Below the pieces are notes generated by a model. The model searched no databases. It had not been told where the DNA came from and saw nothing but the letters and a program-made list of their open reading frames with translations. A stretch of DNA of 63,315 nucleotides, the filler included, from Folioceros fuciformis (lineage: Eukaryota): the NCBI GenBank assembly GCA_049999805.1. It is 22 parts of 22 records of this genome, joined end to end, with 100 filler letters (N's around TTAATTAATTAA, not from the genome) between each part and the next. Parts side by side here need not be neighbours in the genome. Positions count along the whole stretch, not along the records: positions 1 to 1,009 come from JBNGIO010002599.1; positions 1,110 to 2,391 come from JBNGIO010002600.1; positions 2,492 to 3,704 come from JBNGIO010002601.1; positions 3,805 to 7,979 come from JBNGIO010002602.1; positions 8,080 to 13,990 come from JBNGIO010002603.1; 17 more parts are not named here. One strand, 5' to 3'. The first letter of the stretch is position 1. Every line of letters begins with the position of its first letter. Below are positions 1-10,536 of this stretch, piece by piece. Both the position numbers and the translations under genes were made by a program.

Positions 1-1009
1 AGTTTTACCTTCTTCTTCTTTAGTTAGAAGACTATAAGAGCTATAGAAGCTAAAAGTACTTCTAGAGTAATAATAATAATATAACTAAAGAGAATAGACT
101 ATACTAAGCTTTAGTAGTAATAATAGTATATATAAGAATAGAACTAAAATAAATAAAGTATATATTACTTAACTAATCTAGTAAATAGATTAATAACTTA
201 GAATAACTATAAAAAGTAACTAGACTAAAGAAAACTTATTTCTTAAATATATAACTTCTATAACTAAAAGATTTATATAATTTATAGTAATTTATTACTT
301 CTTAGTAATTCTTTCTATAGATTATTCTTAGTTACTCTATTACTCTATTCTATTTTAGTAGATAGATTAATAAATTAATTATATAATATCTTAGAATTAT
401 ATCTATACTATAATTCTATATTCTTTAAGCTATTATCTTTATTACTTTAAATAATAATTATATAGAAATAGTTTCTATCTAATTAGTAATAACTTATATT
501 CTATTAGTAGTATTCTATTACTAGAAACTCTTAGGTACTAGTAACTTTATATTACTAGTACTTTTATATTACTATAATTTCTAAGTTACTAGAAGTAGTA
601 TATTACTAGAAGCTCTATATTCTTAGTAACTTTTAGTTACTAATAGCTTACTTATAATATCTATCTTCTCTTCTAATCTTTTATTCTAAAAGCGTATACT
701 TCTTAGATTATTCTATTAGTTATAATTATTCTAAAGCTATTATTACTTTATATATCTTTTATAGTATATCTTATAGTTATAATCTAAGTTTAATATAATA
801 TTCTATTTTAGAGTTTAGTAGTTATAAAGCTATAGTTCTTTAGCTAAGTAGATTATATTATATACTTTATAACTTTCTTTTCTTTAATATATTAAAAGCT
901 ATATCTTTAACTTTATACTATCTTTAACTTACTATATAAGTTTTATACTTTCTACGTATAATACTTATACTATATTTAAACTACTATTAAAATAAGTATA
1001 CTTATTATA
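1..1009. repeat. RIP-mutated AT-rich fungal-type repeat DNA (contig 1)
   Basis: No CA or TG dinucleotide found by eye; C almost always occurs as CT and G as AG; TA is very abundant; no ORFs. Confidence 0.85.
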
Positions 1010-1109
1010 NNNNNNNNNNNNNNNNNNNNNNNNNNNNNNNNNNNNNNNNNNNNTTAATTAATTAANNNNNNNNNNNNNNNNNNNNNNNNNNNNNNNNNNN
1101 NNNNNNNNN
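1010..1109. other. Artificial contig linker (first of 21)
   Basis: 44 N + TTAATTAATTAA (stops in all six frames) + 44 N. It recurs starting at 2392, 3705, 7980, 13991, 16295, 20399, 22155, 23945, 25151, 30610, 32374, 34132, 37063, 39215, 40731, 49721, 53652, 55320, 58955 and 60644. Confidence 0.99.
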
Positions 1110-2391
1110 AGTAGATTATATATTACTACTAGTTATTAATCTCTATAAGCGTAGAGAAAAGCTTCTATAATATTATACTATATAATTTTAAGATTAAATT
1201 AGATAGCTATTACTATTACTATTCTAAATAACTAAGCTATAAGTATTATAGTATATATAGATTAGATTAAGTTAATTACTTAAAAATTACTTCTAACTAC
1301 TATATAAGCTTTATATTTATTAAAGTATCTATTTTAATTAAGCTTATACTTAAATACCTATTTTATAGGTAAAAGATAATCTTTTACTTTTAATAGATTA
1401 ATCTTCTCTTAAGTACTTATAGTAAGTAGCGTATTTATTTTCTTCTATACTACTTACTTAAAAAATAAGCTATATAGGTATATATAGAAATTTTTCTACT
1501 TATTTAGTTCTAGTAGAAAATTATCTCTATAAAGGCGAGATTAATATTATTTTAGAAAAGCTTATAGAAGCTTCTTATAAGTAATTACTATAGCTATTAT
1601 AGTATTTACTATAATTAGCTACTTATTTAGATTCTAAGCTTTAAGCTTAGAGAAAATATTATTTAGAAAGCTATCTTACTATTTACTTATTAGTTTATAT
1701 AGTAGTAAGTATACTTCTAAGCTATTAGTACTTCTAAAGTTATTATAGTTATTACTACTATTAGAATTTAAGTTTTAATTATAAATTTTTCTATTTAAGT
1801 AAGTAGATAGTTTTTATACTTACTATATATAAGATCCTTAAAGAGTTATATATACTACTTTATCTAGAGCTATAGAAGCTTTAGTACTAAATTAAAAAGT
1901 AGGCTATTAAGTATCTTATACTTCTATAATTAAGCCTATTATAGAGTTTACTTCTTTAGCTAAGTATACTTTCTAGAAGCTACTAGCTTACTTAATTATT
2001 CTATCTTCTAGTTTAGATATTTACTTAGAAGTTTAAAAGTCTATTATTTCTTATTATTCTACTTAGATTTCTAATAGCTTACTAGCTAAGCTTACTATCT
2101 ATATAGAAGCTAATACTTACTTAATAAAATTACTTAGTTAGCTAACTTAGTAATTTATCTTACTAGTACTTTTACTCTCTAACTTATACTTAGAGTATAA
2201 TAATTAATTAATATTACTAGTCTAATTATATATAGTAATAGAAAGCTTATTATCTAGATACTTAAAAGTTTCTTTTATATTACGTACTTTATTCTTATTA
2301 AAGACGTTAATAATTTTCTTAATTTACTTCTAAAGAATCTAATTATCTATACTTAAATCTTTATAAAAGAGCTACTTATTAAATATTATAT
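1110..2391. repeat. RIP-mutated AT-rich fungal-type repeat DNA (contig 2)
   Basis: Same CA/TG-free, TA-rich composition as contig 1, with only rare CC, GG and CG. Confidence 0.85.
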
Positions 2392-2491
2392 NNNNNNNNN
2401 NNNNNNNNNNNNNNNNNNNNNNNNNNNNNNNNNNNTTAATTAATTAANNNNNNNNNNNNNNNNNNNNNNNNNNNNNNNNNNNNNNNNNNNN

Positions 2492-2537
2492 GGAGAGGAG
2501 AGGAGAGGAGAGGAGAGGAGAGGAGAGGAGAGGAGAG
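2492..2537. repeat. (GGAGA)n microsatellite
   Basis: About 9 perfect pentamer units at the contig start. Confidence 0.95.
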
Positions 2538-2710
2538 TGACATGGAATAGAGTGACACATGGTATATAGGATGGAATGTACCAAAGCAAGTTGTTTCATA
2601 GGACACCATAGAATCAAAGAGGAGGACCTACCCTAAATAGCCATGTTGGGATGTGGACCCACTCTTTTTGCTTAACTTTTTCGAGCCCCACTGCCTTTGG
2701 TTGCAGCTTC

Positions 2711-3025
2711 GGCTACGGGTCGGGCTAAAAACCGAGGTCGAAATTGGCATGGTACCCGCTACGGGTCAAGCTATAAACCGAGGTTAAAAGTGGCATGGTG
2801 CCGGATACGAGTCGGGCTAAAAACCGAGGTCGAAAGTGGCATGGTACCGGCTACGGGTCAGGCTATAAACCAAAGTCGAAAGTGGCATGGTACCGGCTAT
2901 GGGTCGGGCTATAAACCAAAGTCGAATGTGGCATGGTATCGGCTACGGGTCGGGCTATAAACCAAGTCGAAAGTGGCGTGGTACCAACTACTAGTCAGGT
3001 TATAAACGATCGAAAGTCACATGGC
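2711..3025. repeat. 46-bp minisatellite, about 7 units
   Basis: Unit close to GGCTACGGGTCGGGCTATAAACCGAGGTCGAAAGTGGCATGGTACC, starting at 2711, 2757, 2803, 2849, 2895, 2941 and 2986. Confidence 0.95.
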
Positions 3026-3429
3026 GCTAGATGCTCTTGAAGCTAAGGGAAATTGGATGTGGGAGGGTAGAGATGGCTTCCATAGCAATAGCTGCTGTGG
3101 AGGTCGTAGTGGTCATAGGACTAGCAAGCAGCGTGCTAAGCTACATTATACGGAGCACCCTAAACCAAAGCTGCTTGGGCCATGTTAAAATGTTGTGAAG
3201 AAGGGTTGTACCAACCTCCATTGTCTCTCGATTCATTGGAGGGTGGGCAAAACTTAGTACCAATGATAATTGTGCAAAAATTGCCCTTCTTGCAAGCGTC
3301 TTCTGCCCCAACAACATGTTTTGAAACAAGCGCCACAAGTTGACCCATCTCCAAACAAATCTATTAATACTCAAAGCAGTATTCAGCATTTTGTTTGCCA
3401 TGTGTGTCTTGGTACCCACAACCACTCAT

Positions 3430-3687
3430 TGTAGGGTCATTAAAGCCCAATGTGCTTAGACTAATGTGTTTAGTCTAAGATTAGTGTCTAGTTAAATATC
3501 ATTTGTTTAGATTAGCTTAAGCTAATCTTTAAGAAGCTTCTTGCGCAGCTTCCTATGAGCTTCTTGTGAAGCTTCCTTGGGAGCTCTTCTAGAGGGTATA
3601 AATACCCTCTTGGGCTCCCTGGCAATTGTGTGAGATCTTGCTTTCTCCTCTCCTCCTTCATCATGTGGCTTCCTTAGCGATCCTTCA
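3430..3687 (+). mobile_element. Solo LTR of Copia family A (Tnt1/Tork-like)
   Basis: TG...CA ends; matches the 3' LTRs at 10537-10850 and 51149-51396; flanked by CTCAT/CTCCT (4/5 TSD); TATAAATA near 3597. Confidence 0.9.
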
Positions 3688-5274
3688 CTCCTATTCTTTA
3701 TAACNNNNNNNNNNNNNNNNNNNNNNNNNNNNNNNNNNNNNNNNNNNNTTAATTAATTAANNNNNNNNNNNNNNNNNNNNNNNNNNNNNNNNNNNNNNNN
3801 NNNNTCCTATTCAAGTGCAAAGACTGGAACATTCTTTACAAAAGATTGTCCTTTTATGGCAACTATTAATCCCTTCTTCTGAGCGAAACAACTTTCCTAA
3901 AGAATTTTTCTCTTATGGCACTATCACTATCCTAACACTATTTTTGGTATGATATGACCTTGTCACGAAGTTGATTGCTGATAGCAAGGAGGTAAGCCTT
4001 GGTTGATGTTGTATAAGACAACCTTCAGCCTAGTTATTTCATAGTTATTGCATAATGAGATTACAACACTTATGCCTTAACCAACAATCATGATATATGA
4101 CCCCAACTTAGCTATAGATATATATGTGTGTAGAAAAGTTTAGAAATAGCTAAATATTTCCAAATAGGATTAGAAATAGCTAGATATTCATGTAGAAGTT
4201 AGGTCAAAATGTAAGTTGGAAACCCCCAAGACAGTTGATGTTGCAACCATGTTGCTCAAGGTGGGAGAAGGGCATAGCTAGGGTGTATGCTGTGAGTTGA
4301 TCATGAGACAGAGAGGTGCAACTGTAGCTGCTGTTGGAGTGTGAAGAGGGAGGTGTGCTAGAGCCTGAAGATGAAGATGCTGAGGCAAATGCTAGGCAAA
4401 AAGGGGAAACTAGGGCATATTTAGTTAGTTGTTGAAGACACGCCTTGCAGTGTTGTGACAGAAGGAGGCAACCTTGAACAATCTAGTGTTTCCTGGAATA
4501 GGGTTTGTGGATGAGTTTGTTCTCAATGTGAGGGATCCTTATATTGTAGCCTAGGACGTGACTTACTAGCTCATAGTTGTGTGTGCAACACAACCCCATT
4601 ATTTCACTTTGATCACTACATCAGGAGCAGCAACACAACTATAGTGGAGCAGTACTTCAAGGCAGTATGAGTTCTTTTAGTCACCATAGGTTTGAGGATG
4701 CAACATTGCAACTACAACAGGGCAGCAACCTAGATAGTCACTTTAGTGTCCTTGCTACCACAATCTGCAAGGGCTTAGGCAAATACACTTACACATTTCT
4801 TTCTACTATCGAAGGCCAACAACAATTTCATTCCAGACCTTCATGCGCCACACTAGCTATTCGAGGCACAAGTACGTCCTTGCAATGGCCTTGGATTTCT
4901 CCTGTGATTGGGCCACTACATCTCTTATGCAATTCCACACTCGCTGTCACCAGTACCCTCCCCATCCACCTCGTGATTGTTATGAGATGTGTCAAAAGGT
5001 ACACGCTGGATTAATTTCCTCTTTAGTGGTAGTCCTACCTTAGGGGTGGTGAAAGCTATCTATAGTCATGGTCTCTCAAGGTACTTGAAGAGCCACTTCA
5101 TTTGCTGGTACCTTATGCACCTGGTTTGGGGGCACGTCATAAGTGGTATAAGGCATGCACTGTGATGACTCTGTGTCACGTGGTCGTTGTGTGACAAGAG
5201 TGGCTAGCTTAGAAGAGATCATGGACCCTTTGCAGCTTCCAGCAATGCTCATCATTAGTTCTTTGTTAAAGGTC

Positions 5275-5722
5275 TTAATTGCAGCATAGACCCTCCACTT
5301 CCCCAAGCTCCTCGTCCTCATTGGGCCAATTGTTTAGTGTGCTAAGGCAAAGCTCCATGAACTGTGTCATCCTAGGGTCCATGTCGAGTGCAATGACATT
5401 ATGACCACATTTCATAGGAGTAGTTCAAGAGCCTAATCCTACGCACTTGTGGAGCACCCAATCACCTTCCACTGTGTAAAGGTCTATAAGTTTCCACAAA
5501 AACTTCAATGGCTTTTGGTAAGGGGACACGACTTTATCATCAGCTTTGCTGTAACATAGCTTGTGCACCACGACCCTTTCCTAGAAACAATTAGTGAGAC
5601 CTTTCCCATCCAACAAAACCTTTGAAGATGTAGTGGCAAAAAAATGTTGCGAAAGGCAACCCTCCTTAGTTGACCCCAATGCCATTGTGATAAAATCTCT
5701 TGCATCATAAAGTCGATCTATG
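5275..5722 (-). pseudogene. C-terminal remnant of a beta-class N4C/N6A DNA methyltransferase (N6_N4_Mtase-like)
   Basis: One frame reads ...VVSPYQKPLKFLWKLIDLYTVEGDWVLHKCVGLGS*TTPMKCGHNVIALDMDPRM..., matching the consensus P-x-QKP..L..LI..T..GD.VLD.F.GSGTT...K.GR..I..E/D.D. Internal stops at 5581-5583 and 5425-5427; terminal TAA at 5275-5277. Confidence 0.62.
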
Positions 5723-5724
5723 CC

Positions 5725-6430
5725 ACGTTGCACAGCCGGCAACACACTGCAGGTCCTAAACCAAGCAGGGACAGACCACAAGAGCTCGTGAAGAGAGTAC
5801 CTCCAAGAGCTCACGAAGTGACAGAATAACTCCCAAAGTGAATTACTACCTCCTCCTACAGGCTCACCCGATCTTATAAGAGCCTCTCTCTCTCTCTCTG
5901 ACTTCACCTCTCTCTAACTTGACAAATATTATTTTAATAGGACCACTAGCCTAGCCGGCTATCACCAGCCACTTATTTAGACTTCTAGCACATCCTGCCA
6001 CCAATGAGCTGGCCCTACCACCACAAGGATCTACCACCTCTTAGACTATCATGAGATTTCGGAGGATGTTTGATCGTCTGTGGACTCCGCCTCTTCCTTG
6101 CTGGATGGCCGCCCGCTTAGTCTTCCCCTGCAACTGTTCACCCTTGGTGGCCGAGCCAGCTTCCAGGGGAGGAGTATGAGTAGTGAGAAAGATAAAGAGG
6201 AGGTGGGAAGCAATGGGATCAGCAGTCGGAACCTGGCATGAAAACGGTAGCTTATTCAGCGGAATCAGCTTCCAGCCAAAATGGTTCCTCGTCCATGGAG
6301 GACTTGACCCTGGGGTGCTAGAATAGGCCCCAAACTAAGATAAAAAGAAAGCAGGTGAAATAAAGTTGAATTGGAATTTTTGGAATTAAATCCAGAAAAA
6401 TAGGGTGAAAATAGAAAAGGGGAAATTAGG
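5725..6430. mobile_element. Fragment of long LTR-like repeat (family L)
   Basis: Near-identical to 36148-36885 and in part to 21665-21930; TATAAG is followed by (CT)n. Confidence 0.8.
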
Positions 6431-6604
6431 ATGATAGTAGTGGCTCCATTTGTCCAAGAAGGAGAGGAAATATATGGACCCACCAAAGGAATAGGTTGAC
6501 ATAGGACCACATATGTCTGAATGGACGACCTCTAGTAGGGAGGGTGCACGTGTAGGGGAAGGATCATTAGTGAGATATCATCAATATCACTAGTTTAGTA
6601 CAAA

Positions 6605-7979
6605 TGTGAAATATTTGTCAAGTTTATTCTAGCAGGATTAGCGAGTAGTTTAAATTAATTCCTAATTACGAAATGGTTACAACTTCCTTGTGTATGTATT
6701 TTCTTTTCTTGATTCAAAACTTTGTCTTCTCATGCACATTAGCCTCTGGGGCAAGACTACTCGTTCTACATGTCGCGATGTGCGCTTCCAATCGTTTATG
6801 GTATTAGAGCTGCAAGATTATTATGATCAGCTACTTGGCACGCTGGTGTGAGACATATTCTTTGACAGCAAGTCACTCATCCTTTTGTTTGGATGAATAA
6901 TCCAAATTGTCTACCGTCGTTGGCGCGCTATGCAGTTTTTCATACCAAGATTCCTTCTCACTTAAACCTACAATGCTTTCAAGTTTACGATAGCCTGGGG
7001 CAGCAATGACAAAGAATCGCTGTAGTAGATCTTGTAGATGCCAAGTAAATCATAGGTCATCTCACATTGTTACTGGCTATAACAATTCTTGCATTTGCTA
7101 CACCCCCTATCTCCCTTTTAGAGAACAATCCTGTCCTGTAATGAAATGTTTAATTTTATAGTATGCTTATAAACAGACTTACGGTTACATTAGAATAACC
7201 GTTAATGCCCTTGTATATAAACAATTAGTTTTATCAATAATAACTGTTCTCTTTTTCTCTTGCGCGCGTCTGCCACGCATCCGCTCTCGTGCCCCCTAGC
7301 ACAGATCGCTTTATCTTGCACATATATCCAGGCAACAGGATCATAAATCACACTTCAGAAAGCATAAACAAGTCGCTTACTCAGTGCCTAAACATATAGA
7401 ACCAATCCTCTATAAGATTTAGGCTTTAGAAGAACATACTCATGATTCCTAGCGGAGGATCAAAATTGAAAACATACTACTTAGGAAACAGATCAATCAA
7501 CTTGAAGTGAAGGTCAAACAGTTGTCAACACTTGTGCATACCTATGTTTCTAGCACACACATCAAAGCAGAATCAATCACACATAATGATCAATCTGCCT
7601 CCTATGTTTGCAACATGCCTTCCACTTCTCAAACTCTAGATAAGATTTAGTCTCCCCTACTTGAACCAGAAAACTTAAGTTCTTTTTCTTCTATACCTGA
7701 ACCTGTAGAGTCAGTCCTCATAGGACTTGCTACACTTTTCAACTAAAAACTATTAGTCTTGTATGGTATCCTCTTAGTTGGTTACCTACAGTAGTATGTC
7801 ATAGCACTGAGTTAATCTCCGGTTCAGGAGAATTTAGCTAATGCACCATCACTTACCACTATTAAAATGTCTGTTAAAATAGATTTCAAAGACAGGGACA
7901 GGTTTAATGGCACCGATTTCGCAGTCTGGCAAATGCGAATGGTTGCAATTCTTGAAGAGCACGAGCTTATGGATATTGT
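6605..7979 (+). mobile_element. 5' end of a Copia element: putative LTR, PBS, long leader, gag start
   Basis: PBS-like TGGTATTAGAGC at 6799-6810; the ATG at 7867 gives MSVKIDFKDRDRFNGTDFAVWQMRMVAILEEHELMDIV (Copia gag N-terminus). The LTR start is approximate. Confidence 0.7.
7137..7324 (+). mobile_element. Possible short solo LTR nested in the Copia leader
   Basis: Starts TGTAAT, contains TATATAAA, ends CATA; flanked by TGTCC/TATCC (4/5). Confidence 0.35.
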
Positions 7980-8079
7980 NNNNNNNNNNNNNNNNNNNNN
8001 NNNNNNNNNNNNNNNNNNNNNNNTTAATTAATTAANNNNNNNNNNNNNNNNNNNNNNNNNNNNNNNNNNNNNNNNNNNN

Positions 8080-9784
8080 GTCTTTAACATCTTGGGGATC
8101 AGTCGGTGCAGGAACAGGAATCGAGCTATTGGCATACTCCCACACATCACGAGCATCTAGGAATGCCTTCATCCTAGCTCGCCTAGCTTCATACTTGGTA
8201 TGTGTACCATCAAAACGGTCTTTTTCCTTGAATTTGCCTTCGAAAGATGTAGTCTATGTTGTAGTCATTTGTGCAATAACAACAAGGAGAACAGGTGCAG
8301 GAGGAGCAACGATAGAGGAAAATTGAGAAGTTAGAGATTGCAAAAATTACGCCTTTGTTTCTGGGTCTGTGTCAGGATCACTATCAGTCTCTTTAAAGAG
8401 AAGTGAGAGACCTGACATACAAAAAATGTCTATGCATTCATGCTGAGAATAAGTAGACGCATCAAATGTTTGCAGGCTATTAACTAATCAAAAAAACAAA
8501 TCAACAACAAATCAGAATCAAAACACCACTCCGAAACGACATGGAGATTCAAAACGGTAAGCAAGTGAGCCCTAGAAACACCAAACGTGCCCTAACTTAC
8601 AAGTTTAAGGATATAACAAGTTGTATGTTCATGACAGGTGTACACAATGTAGGAGCAATGTGCCTACGTGTACATGACAACCAACCGTTAGTTATGTGGA
8701 AGGCGCCTGTTGGTGGCTGGCTGCAAATAGCGCCTGGAGTGGTGATCTGTGTTCACCTCCAGCTGCAGCACGCCTCTCACCAATCTAATCAGGCCGCCTC
8801 TGAAGCATCGCGCTTGCGAATCGGAGGCGACAACGTTGGTAAGTACAGGGCAGTTTGAGAATCCATCAGCGAGAGTTCTGGGTCTGAAACTCTGAGAAAA
8901 CGCGCAATTCTCTGAAAAGTCACAGTTTGCACTTGAGAAGTCTCAGATTGCAGGCGCAGATCCTCCGTGAGAGCGGCAATCATTCGAATTGCTGAATCAA
9001 TCTGAAGGGTGAGATATGATCTTGTTTAGAACAGCAGAAGCATAGTGTCTCGAATGCAACCATCAATTGCTGAACTAGTCACTTTCAGGATTGAATCTTC
9101 ATCTTCATAGGGTGACAACACTCTTGATGGTCGTCTTGCTAATCCTCATCTTGAGCTTGGATACAGATTTGCACAACAGATACAGGAATGCTGATTCCTT
9201 TATTCACCACATGATATCTTCAATTTTTGAGATACTATGGGGATGAATGCCTTGCGTGAGATTTGTCTAGAGATTCTGCTTGAAGAATCCTAAGGGTATC
9301 TGTTTGTGGTAGAAGTCAATTCAGTTTTAAATTCCCCTACGCACAGAACATGATGCCTATTTCTAGACCTACGCGTCATCCCTACTGGTCACATGGGACC
9401 AACATAGTCTAATATGTATAATGATCCCATCATAGCTAGACTCATCAAATGCTGTCTAGTGGACATTGCAACATTGCTCAGCGTGCATAAATGAATGCAC
9501 ACTAAGCTATGTTAAAAGACACCTTGACTCATCAAGAGTACAACATCTGCTCTATTTTATAGAGTAGCCTAAATCTATGTACAACTAAGCAACATGGATC
9601 AAAGAGCCAGAGCTCTGATACCATGATAATAAGCAGAAGCTTGTTGTAAACATTGAATGAATTTATTAAAATACAAAATCGTGCATGTTTAAATACTTAC
9701 TAAAGTGTCTATTCACTTTAACCTAACTAGCAGTAGGTTATAACTGGTTAATCTGTGTTAGGATATCTTTTTTTACCCTTAACA
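8080..9784 (-). mobile_element. 5' end of a Copia element: LTR 9624-9784, PBS(Met) 9612-9623, leader, gag N-terminus
   Basis: TGTTAA...TTATCA LTR directly followed by a perfect TGGTATCAGAGC; gag KFKEKDRFDGTHTKYEARRARMKAFLDARDVWEY at about 8240-8135. Confidence 0.85.
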
Positions 9785-9849
9785 CCCTCAAGGGTATTGG
9801 GCAAAGGCTATAGTTACTGCGACGTACATTCTTAATCGGGTGCTCACGG

Positions 9850-10530
9850 AAGCAGCCTTGACTACAGGTGAATAAACCTTATTGCCCTGATAGTCCACTC
9901 CCTCGTTCTAACTATAACCCTTAGCCACTAGTCTTGCCTTATAGCGAATACGAGGTTCAACCTCCTTGTAACCTCCTTTGAGAACCCACTTGCATTTGAC
10001 AGTTGTTCTGCCTTTCGGCAAGTTTACTAGAGTTCAAGTATTATTTTTGATAAGAGAATTATATTCATCATCAATAGCGAACTTCCACTTAGCTGCATTG
10101 GGTCGCGAATATGCCTCTTGCAGAGTGAGAGGATCTCCCTTTGAAGGGGCAACACTAAAGGTGTTGAAGTGACCTGTAGCAGTGGTGGTGTAGCCAGCTT
10201 GATTGAACTCTAAATCAAAGGGGATCTCATCCTAGAGGTGTCTCGGTTGACGATGACGCAAAGGATATCTTCGCTCAGGGGCTAGATCAAGTATTACAGG
10301 AGAAGGTGGAGCAGGAATAGTCTCTGGGTCTTGTGGATTAAGAGCACCAAAGTCTTCTCTGATTTCATAAGGATCAACAATGGCTTGTACATCTTCCCCC
10401 TCTTGAGCAGGAACAATAGGGATAGGTGCTACTTGAGGTGAAGAGGCCAAGGATGGAGCAGTGGGTGAAGGACCAAAGTCCGGGAAAACAGAGGGTTGAG
10501 TAAAAAACGTAGGCATAAGGTCACCTAGGT
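9850..10530 (-). pseudogene. Copia integrase C-terminal linker / RT N-terminal fragment
   Basis: RRYPLRHRQP, then TLVNLPKGRTTVKCKWVLK...[17 protein letters not shown]. Confidence 0.8.
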
Positions 10531-10536
10531 CGGAAG

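Noticed and set aside
1054-1065. Recurring TTAATTAATTAA as a biological repeat
   Set aside because: It is always centred in identical N runs, so it is a concatenation linker. ORFs ending in XXX/LIN are artefacts.
2697-2960. 87-aa ORF
   Set aside because: It is only a translation of the 46-bp repeat, whose period is not a multiple of 3.
7867-8260. Convergent pair of related gag genes as one structure
   Set aside because: They lie on different contigs separated by a linker.
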